Shown here: piece by piece, positions 25,940 to 39,289 of the stretch
How the letters are laid out: every line of letters starts with the position of its first letter
Position numbering within the stretch: position 1 is the stretch's first letter
NCBI RefSeq assembly: GCF_024521635.1
Contig: NW_026250433.1
Location: 248,001 to 312,000, forward strand
Source: Tricharina praecox
Lineage: Eukaryota
Reading direction: 5' to 3'
Length of the DNA: 64,000 nt
Notes under the pieces: generated by a model
The model's input: the letters and a program-made list of their open reading frames with translations, nothing else
Told to the model about the DNA's origin: nothing
The model's database searches: none
Made by a program: the position numbers and the translations under genes

Positions 25940-28224
25940 CTATATAAATTCAAATGTATCCCCACTCACATCATTACACATTGTCCGGACCCTCTGCGAG
26001 CCAACCACACGCTCGAGCCTCATAGCATCCCACTTGGAGAACAAGACGCGAGCCTTGCATCTGCTGCCCTCAATACGTCCCTCGCCAACACTCCTCGTCA
26101 AGAAGCCGCCAACAACCTCCCGGTAAAACGTCTGATTATCCGGTAAACTGTAGAACACCACTTCCTTCACTCCACGGATCTCGTACCGCCTAAAGTGGTG
26201 CGCACGGCCGGTATAGAGAAGAATCGGGAAACGCCCAGACAAGAAGTGGGAACGCGCTCTGGAAACATCGGCAACCGGTGTCTCCTCGGAAATGGCACCG
26301 AAGGAGATATCGAGCGTGTCGAAGAAGTTGCGCACACGGACAAAGTCAAAGTACGAAGCGATAAAGATGAGCACTCCGTTGGATCCCTGGGCAACCTTGC
26401 GCGTGATCGTAGGAACAAACGCCGTTTTAAAGAACTTAAAGCGTGCATTGGGGTCTGCTACCGGGTTTGACGATTCATAGCGGACGAATGTTTGCCTGAC
26501 CTGGAGACCGCCCAGATCCGTGATCACACCCTCGTACTCGGGCTGTGTTTTCAGACGACCGGCGATGTTGGTCATGTGCTGGTTGAAAAGAGCGTTGAGC
26601 TCGGGCGAACCGTGGGCGCTGAAGACGAGCGACTGCCTGAAGTAGCGAGCATTCGAGTCGAGATACCAGTTACGGACGCGGCCAAAATCACAGCCGTGAG
26701 CCTCTGTGGGGATGAGGTTGAGGTGTTGGAAAACGTGCCCGACATGGTCCCAATTTTGCTGGAGGAGAGAATCGGCTTGATCGACAATTACGAGCTCGAT
26801 GGAGGAGAGAAAGTCGAAGTCCCGCTTCTTGTCTCCCTCATCCCCGATGGCGAGACGGAGGCCGAGGGGAGAGGCGAGAATGATGTCGGAGTTATAAAAC
26901 TGGCTGAAGAATTTGATGGTTTTCCGGGTGAACTTGACACCCACACGGAAAAGATCGTCGTGGTTGCCGCTGAAGAGTTCCTTGAAGTCCAGAGGCTTGG
27001 ATTCATTGAGGCGGTCTTCGTCTGGGGAGACTACGAAGGTATCGGTAAAGCGCTTCTTGTTTTCCTGCTGTTCCGCACCAACCAGCGATACAAGAGTGTC
27101 CACCACCCGCGCACAAGAGTGACGGGTGGGAAGGATAAAGAGGATTTTGGGGCGTGTAAAACCTTGATCCCGGAGCTCAAGTCCACTGTCACCGCCATGA
27201 GAGAGCTTCGTATTGTCCTTAATCACACGGTCCCGTGTCTTCCAGACATGGTTCAATGCGTGGATACAGTAAAGCCTTCGTAACTCGTCCGCATTTGATA
27301 CTGTTCTTCCGGCGAAGAGCACGTCTTGGTGCGAAAAGATGTATGGAGAGAATGCTTTCTGAATTGGCGTCAGCTCCCCATTGACTTCTCCGAACGAAGC
27401 GACTAGGCGCTGCTTGAGAGGTAGGGACTTGATGCCCTCGAATTTCCTTGACGTAGACGGTTCGGATTCGGAAGGCGTTGTGTGTATGGCCCTTCCGATT
27501 CCCGGTATCTGTAGCTTATTACTTGTCCACTGTCCCTTCTTTGCCAAATCGACTCTCTTGAGATAGTCGGGTGATGGGTTGGCAAAATGTGTTTCAAAGG
27601 GATCTGATGTGTCCTCGTCCTCGCTGTCAATATCGTCCTCCGCTTCTTCCTCCGCGCCTTCCGCTGCCTCCTCTTCCACCACAGCATCCACATCTGAGTC
27701 CACATCCTCGATTACCAGTTCTTCCGTAGCAGTCTTTCGGCGCTTCGACTTGTGTTTGTCCTCTCTGGATTTGCTAGCGACTAGAGACTCAAGGAGCGCA
27801 TTATATGGCTTGACTGTAGTTGTAGTTTTCTCGTCTTCCGACTCGGCTTCTGATTCGACATCTGACTGCACGGATCCATCGTCGTCTTCGGAGTCGTCGC
27901 TCGGGGCATCGTCTGCGGCAATTGAATCATGTTCTCTTGGGAAAATGTCAGCACAAGGAAGATGGCAAGCGACAGTTGGCGCGTCTGCAGTAACCTTTTG
28001 GGCCGATTGTCGAATTTTGGGGCTCCTCCCCGTCCCCGTCCTCGTCCCCGTCCGCTTCCTCGAATTCCACCTCTTCCACCGGGCGCGCCGCCTCTTCCAC
28101 GAGGCGCACCACCTCTTCCACGAGGCGCACTACCTCTTCCACGGGGCGCACCACCTCCACGACCTCCACCTCCACCTGCTCCACGAAATGTGCTTCGTCC
28201 GCGGCCTCGTGCTTGTCCTGACAT
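25940..28224 (-). CDS. UTP25: U3 snoRNP/SSU processome protein Utp25 (Def)
   Basis: RDQGFTRPKIL, FYNSDIILASPLGLR, DFLSSIE, LLQQNWDH; RGG-rich exon 1. Confidence 0.95.
28070..28160 (-). repeat. 21-bp coding tandem repeat (RGRGGAP) about x4 in UTP25 exon 1
   Basis: Near-identical cctcttccacgaggcgcacca units. Confidence 0.85.
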
Positions 28225-28606
28225 GATATGCGATGCTGTTTGGTTTTTGTCGTGATCGTCGCGCTGCTTGGGGCTCTGCGGAAACTTTTCTTAGAATGGG
28301 CAGGGATAGATGCGGCTCAGTTGGTGGCGGGGTGAAAGGGTTTTGCCCTGCGGGGTGCCAAGATTTCACTGAAAACGAAAGAAAGAATTCAGTAAACTTT
28401 GAAGTGGGAGGGTGAGACGCAGCTGCGACGACGAACGAGGACATACACGGATTACTGCCGAGCAACAAACGAGCCCTACCACATACCCTCGCCATCCTAA
28501 CCACCCGACGATTCGACCCAGCCGACGCTGTTCCCCGAATTAACTCCTCGTCCCGTCCCTCCGCACGACAGATCCCTTTCATCTCCGACGCCATCAAGTC
28601 ATCACC

Positions 28607-29909
28607 ATGGCTGACCAAGCTTCCTACATGCACCTTGCCCGACCTCTCCCCACGGTCCCGGTTCCCCACGCGCACGCTACTACCGCGCCCCTCAATGTCA
28701 CGATACACACCCAGGTCCGACTACCTGCTATCACTCGTTACCCACCGATGGTGCTGATTTGTTGGCGGGGTATCAATAGGCTCTCTTTTCGATCCTTGAT
28801 CACTCCCTGCGACGGAACATGGACCAGGAGCGTGTGATTGGAACTCTGCTGGGTGTGAGGAGTGATGATGGAACGGAAGTCGAGATCAGGAACTGCTTCG
28901 GCGTTGGACACAACGAGTCGCAGGAGCAGGTGTGTGAATATGGAGGTGATGTGGAAGAAAGCAATGTGGGGCGAGTTGCTGATACAGCCCTGCGTGACTC
29001 CAGGTTGAGGTCGACATGGAGTACCACAAGACCATGTTGGGTCTCCACCTCAAGGCGAACCCCCGGGAGGTGCTTGTGGGCTGGTAACTAGCATCTCCGA
29101 CTACTACTAGTCAACCTACAGTTCACTTATCCATGGTATTAGGTACGCGACTTCGCCAGAGCTCAACACATTCTCTGCCTTGATCCAGAACTTCTATGCC
29201 TCTAACGGCGAGGGAACTTTCCCCCACCCCGCCGTCCACCTCACCATTTCCACCAAGCCCGGCGAGGACATTGCGATCAAGACCTACATCTCTTCCGCCG
29301 TCGGAGTGAATCCCGACCGCATTGCCGACAGCTGTCTCTTCGTACCGGTTCCCCATGAGATTCGGTATGCCGAGTCGGAGAAGAGTGGACGTACGGGCGC
29401 CCCGGATTCCTGCCGCCTTTGAATATCCTCAAACTAACGGAGTGTAGTGGAGTTGATCTCTAGCGCGAAGAACAACGAGGATCGGAATATCCCCATCATG
29501 ACCGACATTGGCGCTCTGGAGAAGGCTATCGAAGATGTGATCGGCATGCTTGACCGCGTGAGCGACTATGTCTCAAAAGTCATTGTTTGTGTTTCAGCTT
29601 AGCTCGCATGGTGATTTCGCTAATACCCGTCTGCAGAAGGGTGACGCTCCTGCTTCCGTCGCCATCGGAAAGTTCTTGATGAACACCCTCAGCCTGGCTC
29701 CCAAAGTGAACGCCGCCGACGTCGAGAGAATGTTCAACTCCCACATCCAGGACGTTCTCATGGTTTCCTACCTTGCCAACACCATCCGTACACAAATTGA
29801 TCTTTCCGGACGGTTGGCGACATACAACTTCGGTCCCAAGGACCCACTTGCCGCGGTGACGCCTGCGCCTGTGCCGGCGACGACGACCACGACGACGACA
29901 ACCAAATAA
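28607..29909 (+). CDS. eIF3f: Translation initiation factor eIF3 subunit F (MPN domain)
   Basis: [42 protein letters not shown]; 6 exons. Confidence 0.93.
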
Positions 29910-30525
29910 GCGCATGAAATGTCAAAAAAGGAGGGGAATGGAAATGGGACATTGGATACTGAAGCGAGCAACTTTTTTCGACTTTCTGGGTGGCTATTTT
30001 GTGAGGAACGACGACGGGGGACCAGGTATGCTCGATATTTCGTTCCTAGGAAGGTTCGGGGAGTTTGAGGAGCGGGTTCTTTTACATACAATACATGAAT
30101 TGTTCGTTTCCTTACAATAAACTACCTAATCCACGACACCCTTTCCTTGTAGCTGGATAGAGTAGAGGACGGAGAAAGCCTCCTTACAGTTTTGGTTGGC
30201 GATGACGTTCCTACCCAAGTACCTGAGTAGGTGTCTGCTGCAGTAAAGTAGGTTTACCGAGTAATCCACGATGAGGCCAGTCTCTCCGAAAAGAGGCATT
30301 CCTTGGTTAGATGGTTGATGAGTGAGGATTTTCCCTAGATCTGTAATCCTTCTAAATTGAAGACCCAATCGAGTAAGCACATAAATAATAACTAGACTGT
30401 CCACAACTGCATGGAATATGGAAGTTGTCATTTTGCATCCCCCTTGAACCGCCAAAGCCACCCATATGTAGATCCCCGGCTCCCAACCTTACCCCACCAC
30501 GGCAACTTCCGCCCAACCCACAACC

Positions 30526-31838
30526 ATGATCGACCTCACGCTCAAGCGGATAACGCAACTGCTCCCGCCGACGCTCCCGTGGAGCGCGATCCACGTCGCC
30601 GGCACCAACGGCAAAGGCTCGGTGTGCGCGTACCTCTCCACGTCGCTCACGGCCGCGGGGCTGCTCGTCGGCCGCTTCACCAGCCCGCACCTAATCGACC
30701 GCTGGGACTGCATCAGCATCAACAACGCGCCGATCGCGCGGGCTACGTTCGTCGCCGCGGAAAACGCCGTGCTCGAAACCAACGCCCGCCTGCGTCTGCA
30801 CGCAACAGAGTTCGAGCTCCTGACTGCTACTGCCTTCGAGGTGTTTACGCGTGCGGGCGTGCAGGTTGGTGTGGTGGAGGTCGGCCTGGGCGGCCGCCAG
30901 GACGCAACGAATGCCCTAAGGCCCGAGAATGTGCTCGTTAGTGTCGTCACAAGGGTCGGGCTGGATCATCAGGGGTTCCTGGGGGGTACGCTGGCGGCTA
31001 TAGCGGGCGAGAAGGCGGGGATCACGAAGCGCGGGGTGCCGTTGGTTGTTGATGCGGATAATCCCGCGGACGTCGTGGAGGTGGTGCGCGGCGTGGTTGC
31101 GAGGGCGGAAGGTGGTGAGGTGGTGCTCGCTGCGCCTGAGATGGAGGCGGATGCGCGGGAGGGGTGTACGATCACTACACCCGCCTTTGGGACTCTGCGG
31201 TTCCCGAAGCTGCTGCCGGGCGCTTTCCAGCCGCATAACCTCGCCTGCGCGGTCAATGCGCTCTCGGCCATCGCTCCGCGGTTCCCGCAGTTGACGGGAC
31301 GGGGGATTGTCGCCGCAGTGGCGAATACGAAGTGGCCTGGGCGGCTGGAACACCTGGAGTTTCCGGGTGGTGGGAAGGTGCTGGTCGACGGCGCACATAA
31401 TCCGCAGGCGCAACGGGAGCTAAGGAAGTACTTGGATGGCCATGTTAGAGCTGGGAGGAAAGTGTGGTGGGTTTTGGCGGTCACGAAGGGGAAAGATGTG
31501 GCTGGCATGGTGGAGGAGTTGGTGGCTGAGGGTGATGCGGTCGTGGCTACGAGGTTTGGTAAGGTTGATGGGATGCCGTGGATTACGGCTGTGCAGACTA
31601 GTGATATCGCGGAGTGTGTGAAGCAGGAGAAGATGGAGGTCGAGGACTGCGTGGAGGCCGTTAGGTCGGCGTGCAGGAAAGCGAAGGAGGAGGGCGCGGC
31701 TGTGGTGGTGGCTGGTAGCTTGTGCGTGGTTTCCGATTGCTTTAGGGGAGTTGTGCTGATACGGATTGCAGATATTTGGTGGGGGACTTGCATCGATATT
31801 TGCGCGGCAGGGAAACCGAGGACCAGGTCACGGCATAG
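30526..31838 (+). CDS. FOL3: Dihydrofolate synthase / folylpolyglutamate synthase family
   Basis: HVAGTNGKGS, FTSPHL, EVGLGGRQDATN, WPGRLE, DGAHN; GSL|YLVGD joined across a terminal intron; stop TAG 31838. Confidence 0.9.
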
Positions 31839-32564
31839 GAGCATCAGGATTGCGGAGGATAGAAGTGTATATAGACAGTCATACGGAATCACGGTCTTTC
31901 CGGACCAGACATGTAGCCTCCGAATGCCTATGAGAAGTCGCTATTGTGTGGATTCTCGACTCCGAAACCTCGATGAGTGGAAACCAACAATATCACCAGA
32001 ACGATGAGTCCGAGCATTGAGGCCGGCCGCCCCCTCTATTCTCGAACCACCATAGGCACCTATCAATAAAGTGCATTACGGTACTGGCACTACATGAATA
32101 AATCCCAATTCTATATCCCCCAGTTTCCACAGTCCACTAAACGCCAAACACTACAGCCACAATCATAGCAAAGCCCCACAAGTACGCAGGTAGCAGATCA
32201 ATAAGCCGGGGGAAAAAAAACTCATCATGACCGATATAAGGAGTCTTGCCGCCGATGGGTAATCGAATAGGGGGCAAAAATATGTCGAGGAAAGAAAGAA
32301 AAGAAAAGAACAACTATAGCAGATGTAGTTAAAGTGTGATAAAAGCCACAGGTGTGAAGGGAAGAAGAACACCGACTCCGTAAGGAAAGCAAGTACATAG
32401 CAAGCTTATAACGAGAGAGAAAGCAAGCACGCAGAAGAAGAGCAAGAGCGAAACCAAATGACCACAGTATAGCCCAGAGTGAAAGTGAAATGTACGCAGA
32501 TAAAGCAAAATCAAGCAAGACGAGCCCCCAAACTCCGACGAAACACACGGGAAAATTCAAGCTC

Positions 32565-35500
32565 CTAGTTCGACTTCATCACTGATCGGGAGAGAGGATT
32601 GCTGAAACTGCCATTTCCAGGGAAATTCACCCCTACCTCCGCACCAGCGCTCGACATCGTAGGTGTGAAGTTGCTCAAAAGTGTGCCCGAGCGACTGCTC
32701 GCGCCACTGTATCCTCCCAGCTGAGACATCGTCTGCTGGTGCATCAGCTGAGGCATCGTAGCTTGTGCCGCTGGCCCAAGAGCTGCAGAGAGTGGAGTGG
32801 CAGGCATCATGTGAGAATGAGGTGCAGTCATAGACTGGAATGAGAACGTATGAGCATACGGGCTCACTAGTCCAGCCGTCATAGGTTCCGCGGCGAAACG
32901 AAGTGCAGAGTCATTCATCAGAATGAAGAGCTCCTTCGTTGGACGGAGCACAGTCCCCATGGCAGCCAGCGTGCGTTTAGGAAAGGTGTACTCCTGGGTG
33001 ACCGATTTGATCAACTCAGCGATGCTAATGATGAGCTGAATTACCAAGTTAGCTGTGACCTCCGCATCTATACTTCAGAATATAATACCTGTGTAAACTT
33101 ATTCGTATCATCCCAAAACTTCTTTCTTTCAGTCTGATCTCCTTCCTGGACCGCATCCCACCGCACCTGCGTCAACCTTCTCGCCGCTTCACACCCAGAC
33201 ATACACAGCGACGAAACCTCTCGAAGTTTCAGTGCGACTGGCGGTTGCAAGTTCTGAGTGCCCGCAGACTTTATCTCTCGGTCGATCAAAGGAAGCGTTG
33301 ACAGGGCGGCAGCAGTTGCAGCCTGGAATTTGCGGTACAATTGTTGCTCCTGGTCGAACCCAGTGTCCGAGTTTTGAGAGTTGGTCGTCCATGGCTGCAT
33401 TCCGGGGGTTGGAGGGATCGTGAAAGTGGCATCGAAGCTTCGGGGTGTTGCTAGTAGAGGTTGAATCGTCATTCCGGATGAACCGAAGTCGGCGGTTGAA
33501 TTGTTCGAGCTCGTATTCTGTCGATTGTGTTGGTTCATAACGGCTTGTTGGTGGCGAGAAGTCAGACTTGCGGAACGAGTTTTGGGCCCGTCGGATACCG
33601 CCTGTGCGAGAAGCAATGGCCGGAGAATGTCGTAAGCGCATTGAATCTCGACATACGATCCGTAAATGATCAGAATCAAAGTTCTCGCGTAACGCATGTT
33701 TTCCCCGGTGGTTACTGATCCAGCCTCTTTCAAGCTCGACTGCAGCATCGATAGCACCTGTCTAAACGCAGCAACGCAGGCCTGGCAAGCGTCGATAACC
33801 TTCTGTACCGCGGGTTCGTCGTCCTTGGTATCGTAGGCTTCCAACGCGCTGACCAGCGAGCTCACGTGCATCTTGCTGTTGTATAGGGCACGGCCAACCT
33901 TGCTCTCGGGCCCCTCCGGCTCACCAGTTGACTGTATGTACTGCTCAATCGGTTGCTGTAGCTGCGACATGGAATATAGAATCCCCCTTGCAGCTTCGCC
34001 AACCCGTGCGGACGAGAGAGATGATCGTTTGTTCTCAGGCAACGAAGACAATCGACGAAAGTACTGGCCAGGTCGTCGTTCCGTGTCGGTTGGACTTCTC
34101 GACGGCACGTGTGCATTGCTCTGGCCTCCATCTATGGCGGAATCGTGCGAATATCCTCTTGCGTGTTTGAACGGCTTCTCGTCGACGGGTCTTAAGCTTT
34201 GCGGCGTAAAGATAGGCTTCGTCCGGGTGGCGGTGTTGGAACGTGGTGGAGGTGGCATTCCTCGTCGCCGGTCTCGTGTGTTGCCGACTGTAGATTCGCT
34301 GTTCGACCGATGTCGCTCGGCGACCTGTGGCGAAGAAACTGGGTGTAACGCGGAAGATGCGGTGTCAGGACGTTGTTGCGCGATCCCGTTCATTGCTGGT
34401 GATGGAGATACGTTTATGGACGAGTTGCTTGGGTGCTTAGATCTCTTTCGGCCTGGCACTCCCGAAGGAACAGGGGACCTAGCTCGGGCGTTCTCGCCGG
34501 TTGCCGAGGAGCCGTTCGGTCTTGCAGGGCGGAGAGTTCGGAGGGTTGAGAAGAGTTCAGACTCGTTGACCAGTGTCGCGTCGGAAGCAAAGCTTGGAAT
34601 GCGGCGAGAGAACGATGGGTCGAAGGAGTCGTCGCTGCTGGGTCAATCGCAACACAGGTCAGCACCTTCTGTCCCAAGGTGGTAAGGCGGCAATATTCGC
34701 TCCCTCCCCTGGCCGCAGCAGTGACAAATAATGAATATACCTCGACCCGGACTCGGAATCTTGTGCGGAGTTGGAGCGTTCTGCGTGTTGTCGCAGGAAC
34801 TTTTTGACCCCGTCCAGCCACGCATCTCTGTCAGTTTCCTCGGTGTCCCAGATTTCTCGCGGCGGGAATGTGATCGGATTGTGGTCGACTTTCAGAATTT
34901 TGAGCTCGTTCATGTCACCGATGTAGGTCGGGAGCGAGTTGATCTTGTTCTTCGACATCGAGAGCACCTATGGGCCGTCAGCAATCTGGAAACCACGCAA
35001 CTTCACTCCGACTGGCGCCACAATTGTAGCAATAATGGAAGCATAAGTGAGTACATACCCTGAGGCTCATTAAATTCCCCAGATCTGGCGGCAATGCGCG
35101 TAATCTATTACGGCTCACGTCAAGGATCTCCAATGATGGCAATCGCGTGAGCTGTAGGGTACCGGCAGTCAGATTTCAGCCGCATCAGGAAGCCAGCACG
35201 GACTCCTTCCGGTGGGGGAGAGTCCACAGTTCCCCAGAGGGACGCGAGAGCGCAGGATCAGGGTTGTCCTCACCGCTATGGGGAATTCCTTCAAAAAGTT
35301 GGATCTCAGGTTCAGGTAACGCAATCGACCAAGGCTGGAAAACTCGTCCGGAAACGACGAAAGCTGATTGTGTGCGAGGGCGAGTCTGCAACGAGATCAC
35401 AACTCCAAGTGCTGTCAGATGTCTTTTCCCCCCCGTAGAATCGCATGCTAAGCATTCCGGTGTCGCACAGGAGGCGCAACCGCAGGGAAAGGAGTCGGAA

Positions 35501-35832
35501 GCTCTAAGGGACGGGAGGAGGAAGGGGCGACAGCTGTGGGCCTGCACTGACCTCTCGATCTCGTCTTTGATGAGTTCCAACACCTCGAGAGGAATATTCG
35601 CGATCTTTTTGTGGCTCAAATCCAGAGTTACGCCGGCCTTGAGGGTTCCATTCTCTGCCGTCGGCGTGCCAGCCTTGGCCAGAAGCTCTCTCGTCTTCTC
35701 GCGAGCATCCTCCAAAGAGCCGACGAAGATCGAAACACAGGTCGCATTATCTATGGGCGCCGGCGCACCGTTTCCGTTTCGAGAGCCGGACACGGAGAGA
35801 AGCTGTGGCTGCTGGTGAGGAGTAGTGGACAT
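32565..35832 (-). CDS. SOG2: RAM/MOR pathway LRR protein Sog2
   Basis: N-terminal LRRs (LDLSHKKIANIP, ILKVDHNPITFPP); YFRRLSSLPE; ARGILYSMSQ and LILIIYGSYVE in the Sog2-type C-terminal domain. Confidence 0.88.
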
Positions 35833-37328
35833 GGCGGCGAAGCGGGTGCGGGGTGGGAGGGGATGCAGGAGCTCGGGGACTCTTTAGATGCTGTACTATA
35901 GTAGTAGAATATGTTGATATCGTTCAGCGAGGATGAGGAGAATGTTGTCGTGCATCGGGCAAGGCTCAGCACGTATGTAGTGGATAGTAAAGTCCTTCGG
36001 AGCGAGATGCTCTTCGCGAACGAGCTCTATGTACTCTAGATTACGGCAAAGAACTCGAACACGGTAACGTTTCGCGGTATGTAGGGGGGACCGATGCGCA
36101 CCCTTGGCGATAATTAGGCAGGGGCGGGGCGGCGTTGGTGGTGAGCGGGCGGGGAAAGCGCCGGACGGAGGTGTGAACAGTGATCACCCAAGGTCTATTT
36201 CCAGCAGTGGCATGAGAGCCTGAAGAGTTCCGAATGGGACAAGCTGGTGGCCGGACTTAGTAAGCGAGGTCATTCTGGTAGCTGCTGGCGGGCACTCAAT
36301 GGCATGGACGACTTGGCCCGCTGCCAGTCCGAAAACCGGCAAATGAAGATAGCTCTCGACCTATGTAGGCACTGGTCATTGTGTTATATTTCACTCCACC
36401 ACCACATTTTTTTCTGGTGCGTTTTGCGGGTACTATACAGAGGATCGTGTCTGGAAGATCCACGACGAGACCGTGGACGGACAGTTCGGCCGTGGGCCCA
36501 CTAAGACTTAAGAGCAGCAACCCCGGCTGGTACATCGGGAGACCTGGAAAATAACCTGTCCTCTACACTAAAAGCAAGACTACAAAGAAGTACCTAATGT
36601 ACCAAAGTAAGAAGTACTCAAATAAGTACTTGGTACTACCTACTCATTTCGCCGATATCTATCTCTATCGGATCATCTAATCGTTAGGCTTGGAGCTCCG
36701 TTTCTGTGCAAAGGAGACGATCCGATTGAAGCTAGATATCGGTGGCATGAGTAAGAGTACATTATCATGCCAGTGTACAGTGATACTTGAGTGCTTGCTT
36801 ACTTACATACCAGTTTACAGTGAATTCGAGGACACCAGTATCGGCCCACGGCCATCACTCGTTGAAATCACGTGGACGTAGACACGACGGCCATCGGTCA
36901 TAAGAAGCGGAGACCCAATTCCTCGGCGATGGCCAAAGTACTCTAGATATAATAATGGTCTGACCAACCGGAAGGATCGGACTTTAAGCCGACAGTCACG
37001 GGCCTGCTCTCCGTTTTGGTGGTTTGAGGGATACGATCCACAATCGGACCGTCCTTTAGGTAATCACATAATTCTTGCCTGCAGACTGCAGTCGTGTAGT
37101 TATGGGATTGATCTCGTTATCCTGTAATGCTGGCTAAACTACCGAGCCAATATCGATTGTAGTAAAAATGTTTGCAATTTTATAGTCTGATTCGTGAAAC
37201 TCCGAAACGCCCAATAGAGACCCAAGCCCTTCCCAGTACTCCTATTCAAAAAATTACATTACACCCTCTAGGCACACCATACATAACCAAATAACCAAAT
37301 AACCAGTAGATATCATAAAGCACCCCAA

Positions 37329-39289
37329 CTACTTATCAGTGGGCGCCCACTTGCTCTTCTTCCTGATCGCCGCCCCATTAAGGAAGAAATACACGGGAAT
37401 CGGTATCATAGCCACCGCCAAAAACGCCAACAAGCTCCCAGCCCAGCCGACACCCAGGGCACCCTCCGGCTTAGGCTCAAACATGAACCTGCCAAACAGC
37501 GGAAAGCCCGCGGCCAGCGCACTCCGCAGGATAGTATTCGCCGCGATGGCGGAGGCGGCGAAGTTCAGGTACGCATCGATCAGGTAGTTCAGGCATTGCA
37601 GGAAGATGATGATGATTCCGAAGCCGAACGGGACGCCGCCGAGTGTGGGGACGATCCAGTGGATATTGGGGTCCGCGCCCGTCCACGAGAACCAAAAGAG
37701 CCCGATGGGGAAGAATATACTGCCGATTATGCAAGGGACCAGACGGTCCTCTGGTAGAACGTGCCCGGCTGCGTTGGCGCGCCGCGTCGTCCACGGCTGG
37801 AATGCTATCACTAAGCCTCCGCCCATGACCATGCCGAGGACCATGCCGATGAAGGGAAGAGTCGCAAGGCCGCCCTTCCAGCCGCGGACCTGGGCGAAGA
37901 CGATAGGGTACGAGACGAGGAAAAGGTAGAGGATCGAGTAGACAAAGGCGGTGTAGATGGAGATCAAGAAGATGATGGGCTCGGCGAAGAGGAGCTTAAT
38001 GGGACGGGTGAAATTCTTGACGAGGAGGGTCGGTAGGTCGACGCTGACTTCTTCTTGTTTGGCATGGATTCCCCAGCTTTTTTCATGTCAGCTCAGGAAA
38101 AGATCAAGTGAAGGGGGGAAATGCGCATACTTCTTGGTGATACGCCGGAGGTGCGCGGCTTTTTCAATCAGAATTACCGGTGGGTAAGTCTCCTCCAGGA
38201 ACAGGAGGCAAAGCCCAAGAGCAAGGAAGCCCATCAGAGCGGTGATGTACTCAGTCCATCTCCATCCCAGATCTTGGTTCTGCAGGATGAATCCTCCAGC
38301 AATCGGGCCGAACAGCGGGCCGCTGAATACCGCCATCGAGAACATTGCCACAGCTGTTCCTCGTGTCTCCTGTGCGAAGAGATCTGCGAAGACGGCACCG
38401 ACAAGGGTGACGGGACAACTGGCGAATACGCCACCGAAGAACCGTGCTATCAACACCGTCTGAATGTCCTTTGCAACTGCCACGGCAACCTGAAATATCG
38501 AGAAGCCGAAAATGCCCAAGAGGATTGGCTTCTTTCGGCCTTTGAGTTCGGAGAAAGGTGCCCCTGGATGACGGATCAGCAGCTGATATATAATCTCTTG
38601 GATGAGACGGGAACATACAGATCAGAGGACCGAAGGCAAACCCCAGCACGTACAGCGACATTCCGAGTATTGAAACTTCAGTGCTGACTCCAAAGTGAAG
38701 GCTGACGGCGCTTGTTGCGGACGAGAAGATGGAGCTGCCCCATGCAGCAACGAAAGTGGTGAAGCCCAGCACCATAGCTGTGATGAGCTTCTTTTTGAGT
38801 GGCCAGTTTTGGCCGTGCATTGGATCGTCGGGGCCCGTAAAATCCACAACATAAGAAGCTTGGTCCGGGAGTAATGGAGGATAGCCTAAAACTATGGTCA
38901 ATATATTGTCTGTTGGATCATAGGTATCAGTGGCCCGTACCTTTCCCGCCGCCAAACTCGGGCCATTCCTCTGCCGGCAGTCTTGAAGTTATCCGCGAGA
39001 AAACCGGTCCGAAAACCGATCCCGACCGCGGCTTATCCAAATCGTTACCGACGGTCGCCTCATAGATACTTGTAGCGGTGCGAAGTCGCTCCAACACCAC
39101 TCTGTCATGGGCATCATAATCTCGTGGTGGCGCTGTCCGCTGGTGTGATAGCGACAGGCGTGATACGACCGAGGTGGAGGAAGAGGAAGCAGTGGATGCA
39201 GATGTTGGATATCGAGAGAGCGGATCATGTTTGTCGGGTGGGCCGCCTTTCTCGATGTCTTGCGAGGAAGAGGGTTCGGATTTCGACAT
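37329..39289 (-). CDS. MFS DHA1 drug:H+ antiporter (Tpo/Flr1-like)
   Basis: VDFTGPDDPMHGQNWP, GWRWTEY, EETYPPVIL, LLFAEPI, YLIDAY, ASAIAANTILRS. Confidence 0.93.

Noticed and set aside
31839..32007. Apparent C-terminal extension of FOL3
   Set aside because: Artefact of an unspliced intron; splicing restores GSLYLVG and stops at 31838.
36560..36660. GTAC/AT-rich patch as a possible transposon end or RIP relic
   Set aside because: No terminal repeats, target-site duplication or transposase remnant visible.
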